Of a stretch of DNA of 64,000 nt, positions 61,566 to 64,000 are shown one piece after another. Positions within the stretch are counted from its first letter, which is position 1; each line of letters starts with the position of its first letter. A program made the position numbers and the translations under genes. Under the pieces are notes generated by a model, which did no database searches, was not told where the DNA came from, and saw only the letters and a program-made list of their open reading frames with translations. This stretch comes from Eledone cirrhosa (Eukaryota): positions 1-64,000 of the forward strand of contig CAXHJY010001404.1 in assembly GCA_964016885.1 (NCBI GenBank). The letters are read 5' to 3'.

Positions 61566-62486
61566 CATATTCTTTGAATCTTTTGAATATAATAAATGCA
61601 ATCCTGTAACCCTTTCTGTCATCACATTTCTGATGAAATGCATTTTCTCTATGTATTGATTAATTTTGAAAATAATCAAGAAGCTAGAGGGATTTAATAA
61701 GATAATCAACTTTTTTGTTATAAATCCAGTATTTAGAACATAACTTAAGAAAAAAGCTCTTACATAAAATGTATGATAAAAGGTTTAAATTTATTTAATT
61801 TAAATAAATGGATCTTGTCGAATTTGACAAGTTTTCCAGTAATTATTCAATCAAAGACCTGCTTATTGAACTAGTATGTAAATGACTGAATATTTCACAG
61901 ACATAAGTACCCATAATGTAATTCTCAGATAAACAGCATGGGACTGTATATGATATGACTGTTCCTTTGAATTACAGGTACAGTCCATCTGTTGAGTTTA
62001 CAAGCAATTTCCATTTATCCAATTTCACTTGCAAGGCTTGGGTCAACTTAAGGCTACAGTAGAAGACACTTGCCCAAGATGCCAGGCAGTGGTATTGAAA
62101 CCCAAATCTCATGATTGTGAAGCAAACTTCTTCACCATTTAGTCATGCTTGCATATAAATCCAAATCCTTTAAAATGCAAGATGGTGTATGATGGGACCA
62201 GAGGCTGTCCTAAAGGGATTGTTATAAAAAGGGTTAATTTGTAGACCACTTAGTGTTGTATAGGTCTGCATAGTCTGTCCCCGTAACTTTTATGCTGTCC
62301 AAGTTGACTGCCACTTCTGATCTGTCCTCCATCATGCTGTCCATCAATTGCTGGTAGATGGCCTGTGCTATTTTGATGCTGCAGGGTAGACAGTTGTACT
62401 GAAACATTTATTTCTATGAAACCATAACTAAGTTTGTGTTTTAAAATTTCTATTTAGAAAACTGCAAAATCATTGCCACCATTATC

Positions 62487-62518
<32 letters not shown>

Positions 62519-63139
62519 TTAACATGTTTTCTCTGTCAGCATGGGTTAGACAAGTTATCATTGAGCAAGTTAGTACTTTGAGCTACTGACTTCAGACACA
62601 TCTGGTGAGGAGTGGGGAGCATATCTCACTTCCATACATTCCTGCATTCTCCTGTGTGCACCAAGTACATTTTATCATGGCACCAACACTAGAAAGGTTG
62701 TCATGTCATTGGCACAACTAAAAAGTCTTTCCAACCCCTTTGTTTGGCAGGTTTTCTATGGCTCAATGACCTTCCTATCACCAACCACTTTATAGAGTGT
62801 GCTGGGTGTGTTTATTGTATAGCTCACCAACACTAGAAGGGTTGTCATTTAAAAATATTTATTTGAATTAGAAGGATAATGTCTATTTCAGTTTTTCCGA
62901 GATCTAAAATTGGTGGAAGCAAGACAATAAGAATCCGTGGCTCATGTAATGCCCTCAGACTAGACACCTGGTCTAAATTGTTGCAACAGGGTAACCTCAG
63001 CTAAAGGCACTCAAGTGCATTAGATATTACTTAAAGTTGAGAGTTCTACTTTTGTGTTGGTAGGGGGAGTAATTGCCATGTATGGAAAGTGGTCCTTTCA
63101 TAATTTCTTTAACACTTTGGTCTGATCTGAAAATTCATA

Positions 63140-63997
63140 ACGAATTAGCAGCAGAGGTGGGTGTTCAGAAAGTACAATAACTAGGGTAAGAACGGGATGG
63201 AAGAAGTTCAGGGAGCCACTGCTAGCTGCAAAAGGCTTTTCCCTCAAAATGAAAGGCAGATTGTATGATGAGTGTATACGAACAGCAATGTTACATGGTA
63301 GTGAGACCTGGGCGCTGTCTGTGGAAGACTTTCGTAGATTAGAAAGAAACGAAGCCTGCATGCTCAGATGGATGTGTAATAGTAATATACGCGAATGGCA
63401 AAGCATAAATGAATTGAGAGAGAGACTGAGCATAAGAGGAATCAAATGCTGTGTGCAGGAGAGGCGGTTGCGTTGGTATGGACATGTGATGCATATGAAG
63501 GATGACAGCTGCATAAAAAGGTGCAGAGCACTAGAAGTCGATGGAAACCGCGGAGTGGGGAGACCCAAGAAGACCTGGGATGAGGTGATAAAAGCCGACC
63601 ATACCCAATTAGACCTCTCAAAGGCGATGACACACGACCGTGACCTCTGGCGTCACGCAGTAATACAGAAGACCCGACCCCCCACGGGTACAAGCCGAAG
63701 CTGAAGCATATAGACAATATGCCCCCACACCCTCCCACTGCAAAGTGGTTATGGAGGCAAAAAGCACCCAGCCCACACTGTAAAGTGGACATGTAGGCGC
63801 CACGGGAAAAAAAGCACCCAGCACTCACTGTAAATGAGGTTGGTGTTAGGAAGGGCATCCAGCTGTAGAAATCAAGCAGAATCAGTTCCTGTATGAGCAA
63901 GGCATGGTCAGCCGACTGGACACTGCCCATATCAGGACAACCCGTCTAACCCATGCTAGCGTGGAAGAACGGACGTAAAACGGTGATGATGATGATC
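63140..63997 (+). mobile_element. RTE family C, 5'-truncated copy
   Basis: ORF 63249..63704; 3' UTR colinear with 55473-55800(-); (GAT)n tail. Confidence 0.92.
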
Positions 63998-64000
63998 CCC

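Overview
Eukaryotic, AT-rich, repeat-dominated DNA, most likely from a coleoid cephalopod (Octopus-like SINE/LINE repertoire; an inference, not a database match). There are no prokaryotic genes, CRISPR arrays or rRNA/tRNA genes. Bases ~1-31,100 are a nest of kilobase-long degenerate (TA)n/(TATG)n arrays (~16 kb in total). Embedded in them are six copies of one young RTE-clade LINE (one near full length, ~7.5-11.35 kb), a 5'-truncated CR1-clade LINE, two chimeric tRNA-SINEs and small Penelope/retrozyme-like islands. Bases ~31,100-64,000 look like ordinary intronic/intergenic DNA with older RTE, CR1, mariner, Penelope and SINE relics, minisatellites and a few candidate + strand exons. Most notable: (i) the young RTE family carries a complete C4HC3 PHD finger inserted inside its reverse-transcriptase domain; (ii) its copies sit in TA arrays; (iii) a well-formed type I hammerhead ribozyme with an unusually long stem II lies at 5430-5584 (-), with further minimal or degenerate hammerheads elsewhere; (iv) a tandem-hairpin 3' module is shared between LINE families and a SINE. 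The very long Y/I/M/C ORFs in the track are microsatellite artefacts.
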